From a bacterium (GTDB lineage Bacteria; Planctomycetota; B15-G4; JADJEK01), in contig JAUIEL010000001.1 of assembly GCA_030428825.1 (NCBI GenBank), positions 1-34,757 on the forward strand: a stretch of DNA of 34,757 nucleotides. The letters run 5' to 3'. Below are positions 1 through 7,503 of the stretch, piece after piece. A model generated the notes under the pieces. That model had not been told where the DNA came from, searched no databases, and saw only the letters and a program-made list of their open reading frames with translations. A program made the translations under genes and the position numbers. Every line of letters starts with the position of its first letter. Position 1 is the stretch's first letter.

Positions 1-1
1 C

Positions 2-1150
2 GTCGTCTGCCACGCGGACGCCCCGTCGGCGCTCTCGGACCTGGAGCGCCGGGAGGACGCGGACGTCGGTCGCTTCGACATCGTCATCACCGACGCGCAC
101 ATGCCCTCGATGGACGGCTTCGAGTTCGCCTTGCGCATCCGAGCTCGCGCCGAGAGCGAGGCGCTGCCGATCGTCCTGCTGACGTCGATGGCCGAGTTCG
201 TCGACGGGAGCCGGTTCGAGCGGGTCGGGTTCGCGCGCCGCATCACCAAGCCGGTCAAGGAATCCGAGCTGATGCAGGCGATCGCCTCGGTGATCGAGAG
301 CGCGGACGGCCGGGCACGAGACGCGACCGAGGCCGTCGCGGGCCCTCCAGCGTCGTCCTCGACCCGGCCGCTCCACATCCTCCTCGCGGAGGACAGCGCC
401 GCGAACCGCAAGCTCGCGACGGCCGTCGTCGAGAGGGCGGGGCACAGGCTCTCGGTGGTGTGCGACGGTCGGGCCGCCGTCGAGGCCGTCTCGAGCGCCG
501 ACCCGCCGTTCGACGTCGTCCTCATGGATCTCCAGATGCCCGAGATGGACGGCATGGAGGCGACGGGCCGGATCCGCGTCGCCGAGAGTCAGCGGGGACG
601 GCGGACCCCGATCGTGGCGATGACGGCGCACGCCGTGCGAGGGATCGAGGAGGAGTGCCGCGCGGCCGGGATGGACGGGTACGTCGCGAAGCCGTTCCGA
701 GTGGAGAGGCTCTGGAGCACGGTCTCCGAGGTGCTGGGCCGGCGCCTCGATGGCGAAGCCGAGTCCGCCGCCGCCGCGGTCGAGACCGCGGAGGTGTCCG
801 GACCGGAGGTCCCGTGGCCGAGGCTGCTGGAGGTCGTCGGCGGGGACACCGACGCGCTCGTCGCGGTCGTCAGCGCGTATCGGGAGGAGATGACGGGCCT
901 GCTCGAGAAGATGCGAAGTCCGGAGTCGGACGACGACGCCGCGCGGGCGGCGCACCAGCTCAAGAACACGCTCCGATTCTTCGGCCAGGACCGGGCCGCC
1001 GACGTCGCGGCCTCGTTCGAGCGGCAGGGCGGCGGCGCGGACGGGGCGCAGGCGTCCCGGCTCGAATCGCTCGAGGTCGACGTCGAGCGTCTGGCCGCGC
1101 GGCTCGGCGAGGTGGAGGAGTCGCGGGAGATCCCCGTCGGCCAGGTCTGA
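2..1150 (+). CDS. Partial signalling protein (5' end off-window): REC (partial) - REC - HPt phosphotransfer domain. Probably the C-terminal part of a hybrid sensor kinase or a multi-domain response regulator.
   Basis: The frame of ORF 101..1150 stays open back to nt 2 (..GRFDIVITDAHMPSMDGFEF.. is the receiver DxxMPxMDG motif, so the gene starts upstream of the window). The second receiver reads HILLAEDSAANRKL..DVVLMDLQMPEMDGMEAT..IVAMTAHA..GMDGYVAKPF. The C-terminal HPt-like helix carries a candidate phospho-His (AAHQLKNTLRFFG). Confidence 0.85.
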   Translation, partial: VVCHADAPSALSDLERREDADVGRFDIVITDAHMPSMDGFEFALRIRARAESEALPIVLLTSMAEFVDGSRFERVGFARRITKPVKESELMQAIASVIESADGRARDATEAVAGPPASSSTRPLHILLAEDSAANRKLATAVVERAGHRLSVVCDGRAAVEAVSSADPPFDVVLMDLQMPEMDGMEATGRIRVAESQRGRRTPIVAMTAHAVRGIEEECRAAGMDGYVAKPFRVERLWSTVSEVLGRRLDGEAESAAAAVETAEVSGPEVPWPRLLEVVGGDTDALVAVVSAYREEMTGLLEKMRSPESDDDAARAAHQLKNTLRFFGQDRAADVAASFERQGGGADGAQASRLESLEVDVERLAARLGEVEESREIPVGQV

Positions 1151-1225
1151 CCCGCCGCCCCCTCCGGCATCGCGCGGGGTGGAGACCGGTCGCGGGCGGC
1201 CGACGCCTCGGCCGAGGCCCTCGAC

Positions 1226-2401
1226 CTACGACCGGACGCAGGGGATCGCGGGGCTCGGTTCCTCTCCGCGGACGTACTCGGCCGTCGGGATCGAGAAGCG
1301 GAACGTCGATCCGTGGCCGAGGACGCTGTCGACGGCGATCTCGCCGCCGTGCAGCCGGACGAGGTCGCGGCAGATGTTCAGGCCGAGCCCGGTCCCCGCC
1401 TCGAGCGCCGCGTCCCCCTCCCGCGCCTGGAAGAGGCGGTCGAAGATCAGCGGCTGCGACTCGGCGTCGATGCCGCGCCCCGTGTCGGAGACGAGGAACT
1501 CCACGAACTCCGTGCCCGCGGCCCGCGCCTCGACCCGGATCGTCCCCGACTCCTCGGTGAACTTCATCGCGTTCCCGAGCAGGTTGTTCAGGACCTGGGC
1601 GATCCGCACCGCGTCCGCGAACACCTCCGGGAGGTCGGGGTCGACCTTCGAGAGGAGTCGAAGCCCCTTCCGGCTCGCCACGGGGCCCGCGGAGGCGACC
1701 GCGTCCGACACGAGGCGGGCGGGCGCGTGGATCGCGCGATCGAGGGAGAGCTTGCCGGTCTCGATCCGCGTCACGTCGAGGATGTCGTTCACGTGACGAG
1801 ACAGGCGCCGGCAGTTCTGCTGGACGATCGAGAGGTACTCCTGCTGCTCGTCGTTGATCGCGCCGGGGATCTCGTCGAGGAGGATCGAGAGGAACTCCTG
1901 CATGGACGTGAGCGGCGTCTTCAGCTCGTGCGAGAGCGTGTGGTAGAACGACCGGACCTCCCGATTCTTCGCCCGGAGGTCGCGGACGGTCTCCTCCAGC
2001 AGTTGGTGGGCCGCGGCCTTCCGCTGCTTCAGGTCGCGGACCCGGAGCGCGTTCGTGACCGAGCGGTTCAGCGCCTCGCGGCTCAGCCGCTCCTTCGGCA
2101 CGTAGTCGACGACCCCTTGGCGCAGCGCGCCGATCGCGACGTCGATCGCCGTGTTGCCGGTCAGCATGACGATCGCGGCGTCCCCGTCCGCGGCGAGCAC
2201 CCGGCGGGCGACCTCCAGCCCGCTCATGTCGGGGAGCCCCTGGTCGAGGACGACGCAGTCGGGGCGATGGCGGGCGTGCAGAGCCACCGCCTCCTCGCCG
2301 AGCGAGGCCTCGAGGAACTCCCGCGGCGGAACGGCCTCGAGGATCACCTTGCAGAGCTGCCGGTCGGCCCGGCTGTCGTCCACGACCAGGATTTGACTCA
2401 T
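1226..2401 (-). CDS. Cytoplasmic hybrid histidine kinase: N-terminal receiver (REC) + HisKA + HATPase_c, with no obvious transmembrane or sensor domain
   Basis: REC is MSQILVVDDSRADR..VVLDQGLPDMSGLEV..IVMLTGN. The H-box is FYHTLSHELKTPLTSM, the N-box LNNLLGNAMKFT, G1 SDTGRGI and G2 GTGLGLNICRDLVRLHGGEI. ATG at 2401. Confidence 0.9.
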   Translation of the reverse strand: MSQILVVDDSRADRQLCKVILEAVPPREFLEASLGEEAVALHARHRPDCVVLDQGLPDMSGLEVARRVLAADGDAAIVMLTGNTAIDVAIGALRQGVVDYVPKERLSREALNRSVTNALRVRDLKQRKAAAHQLLEETVRDLRAKNREVRSFYHTLSHELKTPLTSMQEFLSILLDEIPGAINDEQQEYLSIVQQNCRRLSRHVNDILDVTRIETGKLSLDRAIHAPARLVSDAVASAGPVASRKGLRLLSKVDPDLPEVFADAVRIAQVLNNLLGNAMKFTEESGTIRVEARAAGTEFVEFLVSDTGRGIDAESQPLIFDRLFQAREGDAALEAGTGLGLNICRDLVRLHGGEIAVDSVLGHGSTFRFSIPTAEYVRGEEPSPAIPCVRS

Positions 2402-2658
2402 GGAGCGGCCCCCCGTCCGCGTCGAGCAGCGGGGCGGCGTCCCCCCGTCGGCCGGTCTCTCGGCACGCCCGTGACTCCTCTCCTATCGGTCCCCGAGGGG
2501 ACCGACTTCAGTACGAGCCCGCGACCCGGGCCGGAATTCGGGGGCGACCATCCCGCGGTCTCCGTTCGCGGGCGGTGGAGGCCCGGGGGGAGAGGCCGCG
2601 GGTGAGGCGGGAGGCTCGATCGGCCCAACGCGGCGGCCGGAGGGACGTTAAGGCTCCC

Positions 2659-3471
2659 ATGCGACGCGAGGCGACGCTCCGTCCCGGCCGGTTCTTCGGG
2701 CGCGTCGTCCGGGAGCGGCGCGTGGGGGGGCTCCGGTTCAACGAGACCGAGTACGCGCCGGGGGCGCACATCCCGCGGCACGCGCACGAGCGGGCGTACG
2801 TCTGTCTGGTCCGGCGGGGAGAGTACGTCGAGAGCTTCGGCCGCCGGGGACGCGAGTGCGGCCCCCAGACCGTCGCCTACCACCCGCCCGGCGAGGAGCA
2901 CGACGAGCGGATCCGCGGGGCGGAGGTCCGCTCGTTCAACGTCGAGCTCGACGCCGAGTGGCTCGCCCGGGTCGGCGTCCCTCCCGCGCGCCTCGCGGCG
3001 GGAGAGGCGGCGCCGGGAGGGCCGGCGACGTGGCGGGCGTGCGCGCTCTATCGCGACGTCCTCGTCGGCGCGGCCGACCTCGACCTCGAGGCCCGCACGG
3101 CCACCCTGGCCCGCGCGCTCGCCGGCGGGGACGACGTGCCGGCGCGGCTGCCGCGGCGGTGGCTCGAGCGCGTCCGGGAGCGCCTGCACGAGGACCTCGA
3201 CCGCCCGCTCCGCCTGGCCGAGCTCGCCTCCGCCGCGGGCGTCCATCCGGTCCACCTGTCGGCCGAGTTCCGCCGCCGCGCCGGCGCGACCGTCGGGGAC
3301 TACCGACGGACCGTCCGCGTGCGCTCCGCGTGCCAGGCGCTCGCCGCGACCGACCGGCCGCTCGCCGGCATCGCGTCGTCGACCGGCTTCTGCGATCAGG
3401 CGCACTTCACCCGCGTCTTCAAGCGGACGACCGGATTCACGCCGGCGCGGTATCGCGGTCTCTTTCGCTGA
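2659..3471 (+). CDS. AraC/XylS-family transcriptional regulator with a cupin-like N-terminal domain
   Basis: The C-terminal AraC double HTH reads LAELASAAGVHPVHLSAEFRR.. and ..TGFCDQAHFTRVFKRTTGFTPARYR. The N-terminus carries a cupin-like IPRHAHERAYVCLVRRGEY. I moved the start to ATG 2659 (MRREATL) because the 28 upstream codons of ORF 2575..3471 are Arg-rich low complexity. The start remains uncertain. Confidence 0.8.
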   Translation: MRREATLRPGRFFGRVVRERRVGGLRFNETEYAPGAHIPRHAHERAYVCLVRRGEYVESFGRRGRECGPQTVAYHPPGEEHDERIRGAEVRSFNVELDAEWLARVGVPPARLAAGEAAPGGPATWRACALYRDVLVGAADLDLEARTATLARALAGGDDVPARLPRRWLERVRERLHEDLDRPLRLAELASAAGVHPVHLSAEFRRRAGATVGDYRRTVRVRSACQALAATDRPLAGIASSTGFCDQAHFTRVFKRTTGFTPARYRGLFR

Positions 3472-3571
3472 CGACCGGTCGGCCGCGGGGCGCCTTGATC
3501 CCGTACAAGACCCGGGCCTCCTCGACCGTCTACCGTCGACGCCTCGTCACCCCCGTCCCGGAGGCCGCCGC

Positions 3572-4663
3572 ATGCTCCGCGCTCTCGTCCTCGTCCCGCC
3601 GCTCGTCCTCCTCCTCGCCGCCGCGCCGCCGGCCGACGGCCCCGCGCTCGGAGAGATCACGCCCGAGCACCGCGCCCGCGTCGTCGACGGCGTCCTCCGC
3701 GTCCTGCTCGAGTCGTACGTCTTCCCGGAGAAGGCGGTCGCGATGGACGAGGCGATCCGGGCGAGGGTCGCGGCGGGGGAGTACGACGCGATCGCGTCGG
3801 GGCACGAGCTGGCTCGCCGGTTGACGGACGACCTGCGGGCGGTCTGCCACGACCGGCACCTCGGCATCCGATTCAGCCCCGAGCCGCGCTCGCCCACGTC
3901 GCCCGACCGCGAGCCGTCCGCGGAGGAGCGGGCCGCGCGCCGGGCCGAGCAGGCGCGGCGGAACTTCGGGTTCGAGAAGGTCGAGCGGCTCCCCGGCAAC
4001 GTCGGCTACCTGAAGCTCGACGCGTTCGTCGACGCCGAGCTCGGCCGGGAGACCGCGAGCGCGGCGATGAACTTCCTCGCCCACGCCGACGCGATCGTCG
4101 TCGACCTCCGGGAGAACGGCGGCGGGAGTCCCGAGATGGTGCGCTGGATCAGCAGCTACCTGTTCGGGGACGAGCCGGTCCACCTGAACTCGCTCTACTT
4201 CCGGCCGAAGGACGAGACGACCGAGTTCTGGACGATCCCCGACGTCCCCGGGGCGCGGAACCCGGACGCGCTCGCCTACGTCCTGACCAGCGCCTACACC
4301 TTCTCGGCCGCCGAGGAGTTCACGTACAACCTGAAGGCTCGCGGGCGCGCGAGGATCGTCGGCGAGACGACGGGCGGCGGCGCGCATCCCGGCGGGCCGC
4401 ACGCGATCGACGAGCACTTCGCGATCTTCGTCCCGATCGGCCGCGCCATCAACCCGGTCACGGGGACGAACTGGGAGGGGACCGGCGTCGCGCCCGACCT
4501 CGAGGCGCCCGCGTGGGCCGCGCTCCCGACCGCGCTCCTCGACGCTCTGGAGACCCTCCGCGAGCGGGAGACCGACCCGGCGCGGCGGCGCGAGCTGCTC
4601 GAGGCGATCCGGTCCGCGAACCGCGAGCTCGCGGACCTCGAGATCGAGCACGACGCGCCGTAG
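3572..4663 (+). CDS. Secreted S41-family (tail-specific / IRBP-like) serine peptidase
   Basis: Signal peptide MLRALVLVPPLVLLLAAAPPADG. The IRBP/S41 N-terminal-type region reads VVDGVLRVLLESYVFPEKA. The core reads LPGNVGYLKLDAFVD..AIVVDLRENGGGSPEMV..VLTSAYTFSAAEEFTYNLKARGRARIVGETTGGGAHP. GGAGG lies 7 nt upstream of the ATG. Confidence 0.8.
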   Translation: MLRALVLVPPLVLLLAAAPPADGPALGEITPEHRARVVDGVLRVLLESYVFPEKAVAMDEAIRARVAAGEYDAIASGHELARRLTDDLRAVCHDRHLGIRFSPEPRSPTSPDREPSAEERAARRAEQARRNFGFEKVERLPGNVGYLKLDAFVDAELGRETASAAMNFLAHADAIVVDLRENGGGSPEMVRWISSYLFGDEPVHLNSLYFRPKDETTEFWTIPDVPGARNPDALAYVLTSAYTFSAAEEFTYNLKARGRARIVGETTGGGAHPGGPHAIDEHFAIFVPIGRAINPVTGTNWEGTGVAPDLEAPAWAALPTALLDALETLRERETDPARRRELLEAIRSANRELADLEIEHDAP

Positions 4664-4678
4664 GACGCTCGCGATCCG

Positions 4679-7372
4679 TCACGTCCCGAACGTCAGCGCC
4701 AGCCCGTTCGACGTCGCGATGCCGTTCGCCGCCCCGGCGTCGAGGACCGCCGCCTGGACGAACAACGTGAACCCGGCGACGACGGGGAGGACCGGCGCGA
4801 GGCCGACGTCGAGCGTCCCCGTGCCGACGGTCCCGGGCGTGCCGCCGGTCGGCACGGTGACCGTCGAGAGCGGGAAGTCGACGTACAGGGTCGCGCCGAA
4901 GACCGGGAGGTTCGGGAGCGCCGCCTCGTTCGCGCCGAACAGGAGGACGGCCGGCGCCCCGCCCGCGCCGCGACGGAGTCGAAGGGCGGCGGTCGTCGAG
5001 CCGAGTCGCATCGGGCCGGTCGCGCCGAGGAGGGGGACGGCGCCGCCGAGGCCGGGGATCCCCGCGCCGAACTGACGGATCCCCCCGTCGCCCGCGCCGT
5101 CGAACCGTCGCGAACGGACGACGACGCGGCCGGAGAGGTCCAGGTCGCCGTCGCCGTCGACGTCGGCCGGCGGGCCCATCGCCCCGCCGGCGTACGGACG
5201 GGCGGGTTCGAACGCGCCGCCGCCGAGGCCGCGGTAGAGCAGCACGTCGCGCGGCGTGTCGCTGTGCGTGCCGGTCGCGCCGGCGAGGAGGTCGGTCACG
5301 CCGTCGCCGTCGACGTCGTCGAACGACAGGGACGTCATCGGCGGGTCGTTCCCCGCGGTCAGTCCGGTGTCGAGGACCGCGCCCGCGGTGAACCCGCCCG
5401 CGCCGTCGTTCACGTACAGCCACGTCGTCTCGCCGTACGCCTGGGAGAAGGCGAGGTCGAGGTCGCCGTCCCCGTCCTGGTCCGCGAACGTCACCGAGTC
5501 CGGGTCGAGCGACGGGACGCCGGCGTGGACCACGGTGCTCGAGAACGAGAGCCCGCCCTGGTTCGTCCAGAGGGTGAGGAACGACCAGTTGTCGACGACC
5601 GCCACGTCCGCGTCGCCGTCCTGGTCGACGTCGGCGACGGCGCTCGGCTCGTGTCCCGATCCGAACAGGTTCACGAACGGCAGGAACGTCCCGTTCCCGG
5701 CGTTCGGGTAGTACCCGCCCGGCGTCGCGTCGAGGACGTCGAGGTCGCCGTCCGCGTCGAGGTCGAACACCACGTTCGCGACGCGCGAGTACGGCGCCAT
5801 GTTCGTCGCCGCCGCGAGGCCCGCGTCGACGAACGCCCCGAGCGCGTCCCCGGCGTAGAGGCGCATCTCCTGGAACACCGGGAGCGGCAACGGCTGTCCC
5901 GGCACGAAGTGAGCGACCAGCACGTCCGGCCGGCCGTCGCCGGAGAAGTCCCCGGCGCTCACGATCCGCCGCTCGATCACGCCCGCGGGGGCCGGCGGGA
6001 GGAGGACGGCCTCCGGGAACCGGCCGGTCGCGTCGTTCAGCCGCACGCTGCCGTCGTCGAAGAAGAGGTCGACGTCGCCGTCCCCGTCGTGGTCGAGCGC
6101 GGCGATCGGCGAGGGGCTGTAGTAATGGTAGGTCACCGGCTCGAGCGACGACTCGAACGCGCCCTGCCCGTAGAACGCGCCCTGCGGGAGCGTGACGTCG
6201 AGGTGCCCGTCCCCGTCGAGGTCCGACGTCCCGATCGGCGCCGAGCCGACCCGGACGGTCTCCGCCCGGGCGACCGGCCCCGAGAAGACGTCCGTGCCGT
6301 CGTTCTCGAAGAACGCGACGATCGCCTCCGTCCCCCCGCCCGACTCCTGCCACGGGTAGTTCAGCAGGTCGGGGTCGCCGTCGCCGTCCCAGTCGCCGAA
6401 CGCGAACCGGCCGCCGAACGTCTCGCCGGTCCCCGGCGTGAGCGTGTGCGCCGCGCCGAAGACGAGCCCGCCCGCGCCGTTGAGCACCGGGACGATGTCC
6501 GTCGAGTCGCTCGAGTTCGCCTTCACGATCAGCACCAGGTCCTCGGCGCCGCCGCCGGCGAGGTCGACGACGTACGGGTCGACGCGATGGAACGTCGTGC
6601 CGGGGACCGGGACGATCGTCTCGGCGCTCGGCGCGCCGGCGACGGTCGGGAAGACGTGGAGCACCGCGCCCGAGGCCTCGCCGACGACCACGTCGTCGTC
6701 CCCGTCGTGGTCGACGTCGACCGCGACGAGCCGCGCCGGCTGCTTGAACCCGAACGGTCCGGGGAACGGGACGGTCACCGGCGCGCTCGGCACCAGGGCC
6801 CCGCCGACGACGTCGTACCAGGTCACGATCCAGGAGAAGCCGGAGACCTCGAGGGTCGCGAGCTCCATCGCGGCGTCGCCGTCGATCTGCCCGAACGCCG
6901 CGCCCCGCATCGCGCCGGTCAGGGGCGCCGAGACCGGCGGTCCGAACGTCCCGGTCCCGATCGACGGGTGGAGGTGGAGCGCGAAGTCGGTCTGGTAGTC
7001 GATCTCCTCGACGACGAACACGTCGGGCCGGGAGTCGCCGGTGACGTCGTACGTCCGGAACGGGCCGTCCTCCGAGAGCGGGCGGAACCGGTTCGAGATC
7101 AGGTTGAACGCGACGTACGGCCCGGCGCCCGGGAGGTCTCCCGTGCCGTCGTTGAACATCACCTGGAACCCCTCGTAGTGCGTCGGCGTCCCGGGCGTGC
7201 CGCGGAACCGGACCAGGTCGTCGGCCCCGTTCCCGTCGACGTCCGCGATGGCGTGGAACTCGCCGGGATCCGGGAAGACGAAGTCCCGGGCCGAGTCGAG
7301 GTGGTCCTGGGCGCCGGCGGGCGACCCGAGGGCGAGGAGGAGGACGAGGGGGGGGATCGAGGAGCGGAGCAT
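4679..7372 (-). CDS. Secreted FG-GAP/VCBS repeat protein (about 14 units, possibly two beta-propellers) with the shared C-terminal domain
   Basis: Signal peptide MLRSSIPPLVLLLALGSPAGAQD. There are about 14 DxDxDGxxDh units (ADVDGNGADDLV, VDVDHDGDDDVVVG, GDWDGDGDPDLL, SDLDGDGHLDV, LDHDGDGDVDLFF, FDLDADGDLDVL, ADVDQDGDADVAVV, ADQDGDGDLDLAF, DDVDGDGVTDLLAG, ADVDGDGDLDLSG ...). The last ~130 aa (nt 4682-5071) end in ..FVQAAVLDAGAANGIATSNGLALTFGT. Confidence 0.85.
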   Translation of the reverse strand: MLRSSIPPLVLLLALGSPAGAQDHLDSARDFVFPDPGEFHAIADVDGNGADDLVRFRGTPGTPTHYEGFQVMFNDGTGDLPGAGPYVAFNLISNRFRPLSEDGPFRTYDVTGDSRPDVFVVEEIDYQTDFALHLHPSIGTGTFGPPVSAPLTGAMRGAAFGQIDGDAAMELATLEVSGFSWIVTWYDVVGGALVPSAPVTVPFPGPFGFKQPARLVAVDVDHDGDDDVVVGEASGAVLHVFPTVAGAPSAETIVPVPGTTFHRVDPYVVDLAGGGAEDLVLIVKANSSDSTDIVPVLNGAGGLVFGAAHTLTPGTGETFGGRFAFGDWDGDGDPDLLNYPWQESGGGTEAIVAFFENDGTDVFSGPVARAETVRVGSAPIGTSDLDGDGHLDVTLPQGAFYGQGAFESSLEPVTYHYYSPSPIAALDHDGDGDVDLFFDDGSVRLNDATGRFPEAVLLPPAPAGVIERRIVSAGDFSGDGRPDVLVAHFVPGQPLPLPVFQEMRLYAGDALGAFVDAGLAAATNMAPYSRVANVVFDLDADGDLDVLDATPGGYYPNAGNGTFLPFVNLFGSGHEPSAVADVDQDGDADVAVVDNWSFLTLWTNQGGLSFSSTVVHAGVPSLDPDSVTFADQDGDGDLDLAFSQAYGETTWLYVNDGAGGFTAGAVLDTGLTAGNDPPMTSLSFDDVDGDGVTDLLAGATGTHSDTPRDVLLYRGLGGGAFEPARPYAGGAMGPPADVDGDGDLDLSGRVVVRSRRFDGAGDGGIRQFGAGIPGLGGAVPLLGATGPMRLGSTTAALRLRRGAGGAPAVLLFGANEAALPNLPVFGATLYVDFPLSTVTVPTGGTPGTVGTGTLDVGLAPVLPVVAGFTLFVQAAVLDAGAANGIATSNGLALTFGT

Positions 7373-7406
7373 CCGGAGGCCTCCAGCGGAGCGCGGCGAA
7401 CGGGCC

Positions 7407-7448
7407 GGGGAAAGACGGAGCGCGGAGTCGGTGGCCGACCCCGCGCTC
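7407..7448 (-). terminator. Candidate intrinsic terminator downstream of the ELWxxDGT-repeat gene
   Basis: On the minus strand the RNA reads GAGCGCGGGGUCGG-CCA-CCGACUCCGCGCUC (8 bp + G.U + 5 bp stem, 3-nt loop), followed by CGUCUUUCCCC. It starts about 55 nt after the stop at 7504 and lies upstream of the next minus-strand gene. The U-tract is short, as is common in high-GC genomes. Confidence 0.4.
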
Positions 7449-7503
7449 GATCTTCACCGGAACGACCCGTGAGGGTTCAGACTCCTCGGCGAGAAACTCC
7501 GGA

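Noticed and set aside
1205-1218. The palindrome GCCTCGGCCGAGGC between the convergent REC-HPt and kinase genes, as a possible terminator.
   Set aside because: The stem has essentially no loop and no flanking U/A tracts. The evidence is too weak for a feature call, so it is mentioned only as context.
4682-5071. Reading the shared C-terminal domain as a known sorting signal (T9SS CTD, PEP-CTERM, LPXTG, GlyGly-CTERM, autotransporter beta-barrel).
   Set aside because: There is no terminal hydrophobic helix plus basic cluster, and no LPXTG or PEP motif. The domain is far too short for an autotransporter barrel, and its conserved blocks do not match the T9SS CTD patterns I know. I therefore treat it as unassigned pending profile searches.
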